A DNA stretch of 64,000 bases from Nitrospirota bacterium. Lineage in GTDB: Bacteria; Nitrospirota; UBA9217. This document shows positions 61,155-64,000 of this stretch, piece by piece; positions within the stretch are counted from its first letter, which is position 1; every line of letters starts with the position of its first letter. The position numbers and the translations under genes are program-made. The notes under the pieces were generated by a model that worked only from the letters and a program-made list of their open reading frames with translations, ran no database searches and was not told where the DNA came from. The stretch lies in the NCBI GenBank assembly GCA_035623825.1, contig DASPSR010000063.1, forward strand, positions 1 through 64,000. The letters are read 5' to 3'.

Positions 61155-64000
61155 TTATTTCCCTTTCACCACCGCCTCCGTTGCTCTCTCCGTGCCATCT
61201 CGCAGGAACGTGATCGAAATCCTGTCGCCGGGGCTCAGCGATTTGAGTATATCCGAAAGGCCTTTCAGGCCCTCGACCTCGCGGCCGTTGATCGCGAGGA
61301 TGACATCTCCCTCCCTCATCCCCGCAGCTTCAGCCGGAGAGCCGGGCGCAACGCCCGAGAGCCTGAATCCTTTTCCCTGGTATGCGAAATCGGGGATTGT
61401 GCCGAGGCTCACCGTGCGTTCTGTCTTTGGTGCTGTTTTTACGGCTTCCCCGTGCTTGAGCAGTGATGACAGGGGTTCTTCACGGCCTGCAAGATACTCA
61501 ACGACCTCTTTTGCCACTGACGCGACCTTGACAAGTCCGGCAGGGTCGATCTTATCCGCGGTGTCCCCTGGACGATGGTAATCAAGGTTTGGCCCGGAAA
61601 AAAGCTGCACCGCCGGAACGCCTGCTCCCTGAAAGCTTTCCTGGTCGCTTGAATCAAGCTCCTCGGATACTAGTTCAATATCGACACCCGTCACAAATCC
61701 TGCGCCCCGGAAGATATGTACCCACTCTGCTGCAGAGCCGCCGCCAAGGACGAGCAGTTTCTTTTTCCCGAGCCTGCCCACGGTATCAAGATTCACCATG
61801 GCCATGCACTTCGAGACCGGGAAACTCTTTTCGTGCATCACATAATGATGAGACCCGAGCTTTCCTTCCTCCTCCCCGGTGAAAGCGACGAAGACGATAC
61901 TCCGATCCGGAAGCAGACTTTCCTTGAGGACCCTTGCCAGCTCCAGAAGCACTGCCACACCACTGGCATTGTCGTCTGCGCCGGGATGAATCGCTCCTCT
62001 GTCTTCTGATCTTCCGATGGACATGCCGAATCCCAGATGGTCATAGTGCGCTCCAATGACAACGCTCTCATGTGCAGAAGCGGGTTTCTTCCCCGGGATG
62101 ACGGCGATGACGTTCTTCATGATTGCTTTGCCGTCCGGATCATGCCATTGCTGATAATAACTTCCATGATCACCGCCGGGGACGAGCCCAGCCTGCTTGA
62201 ACTTTTCAGCGAGGTAATCGGCTGCCTTGTCGATCTCAGGAGTGCCGATCTCTCTGCCTTTGAGTTCATTGCTGGAGAGAAACCTCACCGCCTCCATCAT
62301 TCGCTCCGATGAGAAGTCGGAAGGGAGGGTCGCAAGCGGCTCTCGCGCTATGAGTCTGCCCATCTCAACGTGTTCGACACCTCCTCCCGTTCCCGGGAGG
62401 AATGCCGTCATGGGGGAATTGACGACCTGCCATCTTCCCTTGGCAATGTTCACAGGCTCATCCCCCTCGAAAGCAAGATAACTGTACTTGTGATAATGCG
62501 GGAGCTTCCTTCCCAGCCCGGGGAGGGGATCTCGTCGATCAGCAGCGATGAACATCAATGCCGTGTCCCTGTTCTCGGGGCTACGAGCCGTTAGCACAAG
62601 GGCATGATTCCCTTTTTCGATCACGGTTTTGCCGATCCTGGTGCGCGTTCCCGTGAACTTTACGTCATATCCGTTCCAGGCGGCTATTGTCTTTTCGAAA
62701 AACCGGTTCTCCCATCCAAGGACCGTCACGGTTCGGTCCGCGGGAAGTTCCTTGACCTCGCTGTCGAGCTTCACGGTCACTTCGTCAGGACCCGATTCGG
62801 CGAGCGTCTTCGCAAATGTTTCGTACGCCTTGAGCATCTCTTTTCCTGCCGATGACGGAAGGAGAACGAGCATTTTTTTCGAGCCTAGGGCCAGAGAGAT
62901 CGCAGGCGGTATTTCCTCGCGATCAAGCCTGCGGAAGACATCGAACTCAGGATCGATATCGAGCCGCAAGGGCCGGTATGGCACGGCGAGCGAAAGGTCG
63001 AGTTTTTTCCCATTCATGTCCACAACGGTCTGGTAGGCGCGCTCTTGCCCTTCCATGGTCACGGCAACGGGGATGCGGAGCAGGTAGGCGTCCTCGGGCT
63101 GGACCTGTTCAAGATGAGCGGTGACGGTATAGCCGTTGCCGCGCTTTGCCGTCCTCGAGTCGCTCAGCTGGAGCTTCGGTGCGCCGGTTTTCGTTATCCA
63201 CTGGTCAAATTCGGCTTTGAGGTCCTTCCTGGAGACGGCCTCAAAGCTTTTTTCAAGATCAAGGAAGGAGGCGAAGCGGAATTTATTTTTCTGATAAAAA
63301 TCGCGAATCGCATGGATGAAGGTTTTGTCGCCAAGATCGAGCCGGATCATGTGGAAGAACATGAGCGCTTTGCCGTAACCCACCGCCTCCGTCGCCGGAC
63401 TATGCCGCGAGGTGAACCGGGTGAGGGGAAAGTCCCTGCCGCCGAGGACATAATCGGCATATTTCTGGAGCGTGGTCAACCGATACTCCGCTCCCTCGCC
63501 CTGCTGCTCCTTCATCATGTGGTCGGCGAGATAGGCAGTGATCCCTTCGGACCAGTTACCTTTCTCGTAGACCGGGAACACGCTGTTGCCCCACCAGTTG
63601 TGCAGGATCTCGTGAGGGTAGGACGTATTGATGATGAAGGGCAGCCGGATAATCGTGGGGCCGAGGAGCGTGAACGAAGGCATGCCCAGGCCCGTTTCCC
63701 AGAAGTTTTCGACGAGGGCGAATTTCTTGTACGGGTAGGGGCCGATGAGCGCGTCGTACATGGTGATGTACCGCACCGTGGCGTCGAGATACTTATTCGC
63801 CAGACCTTCATCCGGCGTGCGGAGGAAGGCCATGGCTGTGAGATTGCCCGAGACCTTCGCGTATTCAGTAAAGCGGTATGCGATAAGGTGGATCTCTTCC
63901 ACGGGCTCTGGAGAATCCCACCGGACGATAGCCGGCTCCTTTTTCTTTTCATGGGCCATCCGGCTGCCTTCGCTCACTGCGTCCCAGCCGGCTGGGAGCT
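61155..64000 (-). CDS. M1-like gluzincin + M28 aminopeptidase + PDZ fusion protein (5' end beyond window)
   Basis: HEILHNWWG...WSEG; GAHYDH, GADDNASG, GEEEG, NLD, DYH; C-terminal PDZ. Confidence 0.88.
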   Translation of the reverse strand, partial: LPAGWDAVSEGSRMAHEKKKEPAIVRWDSPEPVEEIHLIAYRFTEYAKVSGNLTAMAFLRTPDEGLANKYLDATVRYITMYDALIGPYPYKKFALVENFWETGLGMPSFTLLGPTIIRLPFIINTSYPHEILHNWWGNSVFPVYEKGNWSEGITAYLADHMMKEQQGEGAEYRLTTLQKYADYVLGGRDFPLTRFTSRHSPATEAVGYGKALMFFHMIRLDLGDKTFIHAIRDFYQKNKFRFASFLDLEKSFEAVSRKDLKAEFDQWITKTGAPKLQLSDSRTAKRGNGYTVTAHLEQVQPEDAYLLRIPVAVTMEGQERAYQTVVDMNGKKLDLSLAVPYRPLRLDIDPEFDVFRRLDREEIPPAISLALGSKKMLVLLPSSAGKEMLKAYETFAKTLAESGPDEVTVKLDSEVKELPADRTVTVLGWENRFFEKTIAAWNGYDVKFTGTRTRIGKTVIEKGNHALVLTARSPENRDTALMFIAADRRDPLPGLGRKLPHYHKYSYLAFEGDEPVNIAKGRWQVVNSPMTAFLPGTGGGVEHVEMGRLIAREPLATLPSDFSSERMMEAVRFLSSNELKGREIGTPEIDKAADYLAEKFKQAGLVPGGDHGSYYQQWHDPDGKAIMKNVIAVIPGKKPASAHESVVIGAHYDHLGFGMSIGRSEDRGAIHPGADDNASGVAVLLELARVLKESLLPDRSIVFVAFTGEEEGKLGSHHYVMHEKSFPVSKCMAMVNLDTVGRLGKKKLLVLGGGSAAEWVHIFRGAGFVTGVDIELVSEELDSSDQESFQGAGVPAVQLFSGPNLDYHRPGDTADKIDPAGLVKVASVAKEVVEYLAGREEPLSSLLKHGEAVKTAPKTERTVSLGTIPDFAYQGKGFRLSGVAPGSPAEAAGMREGDVILAINGREVEGLKGLSDILKSLSPGDRISITFLRDGTERATEAVVKGK

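Overview
This is a gene-dense, GC-rich bacterial chromosomal window. The gene content suggests an anaerobic Nitrospirota/Desulfobacterota-like organism (inference only). From left to right it contains: (1) a nitrogen-regulation island with 4 P-II genes (one partial), 3 ammonium transporters, a CooC-type ATPase, a DMT transporter, ntrBC, and three nearly identically built NtrC-box/sigma54 promoter modules, one of which has no sense gene behind it; (2) a small sulfur-relay cluster including a rhodanese with an in-frame TGA (probable selenoprotein); (3) an ~18.4 kb Complex I (nuoA-N) operon that is interrupted between nuoD and nuoE by a five-gene DRTGG/CBS-kinase/DRTGG/PHP/HATPase cassette, and whose NADH-input module looks like the HydBCD/Hnd electron-bifurcating module instead of a standard NuoEF; (4) class II ribonucleotide reductase, HtrA protease, lytic transglycosylase and a three-gene split glutamate synthase; (5) assorted housekeeping and hypothetical genes, a frameshifted c-type cytochrome, a 105-bp tandem repeat and a partial M1+M28+PDZ peptidase. 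No rRNA, tRNA, CRISPR array or transposase was recognised. The best candidate for a poorly described system is the possibly bifurcating Complex I with its embedded kinase/phosphatase cassette. All product calls come from motif recognition by eye; no database searches were run.
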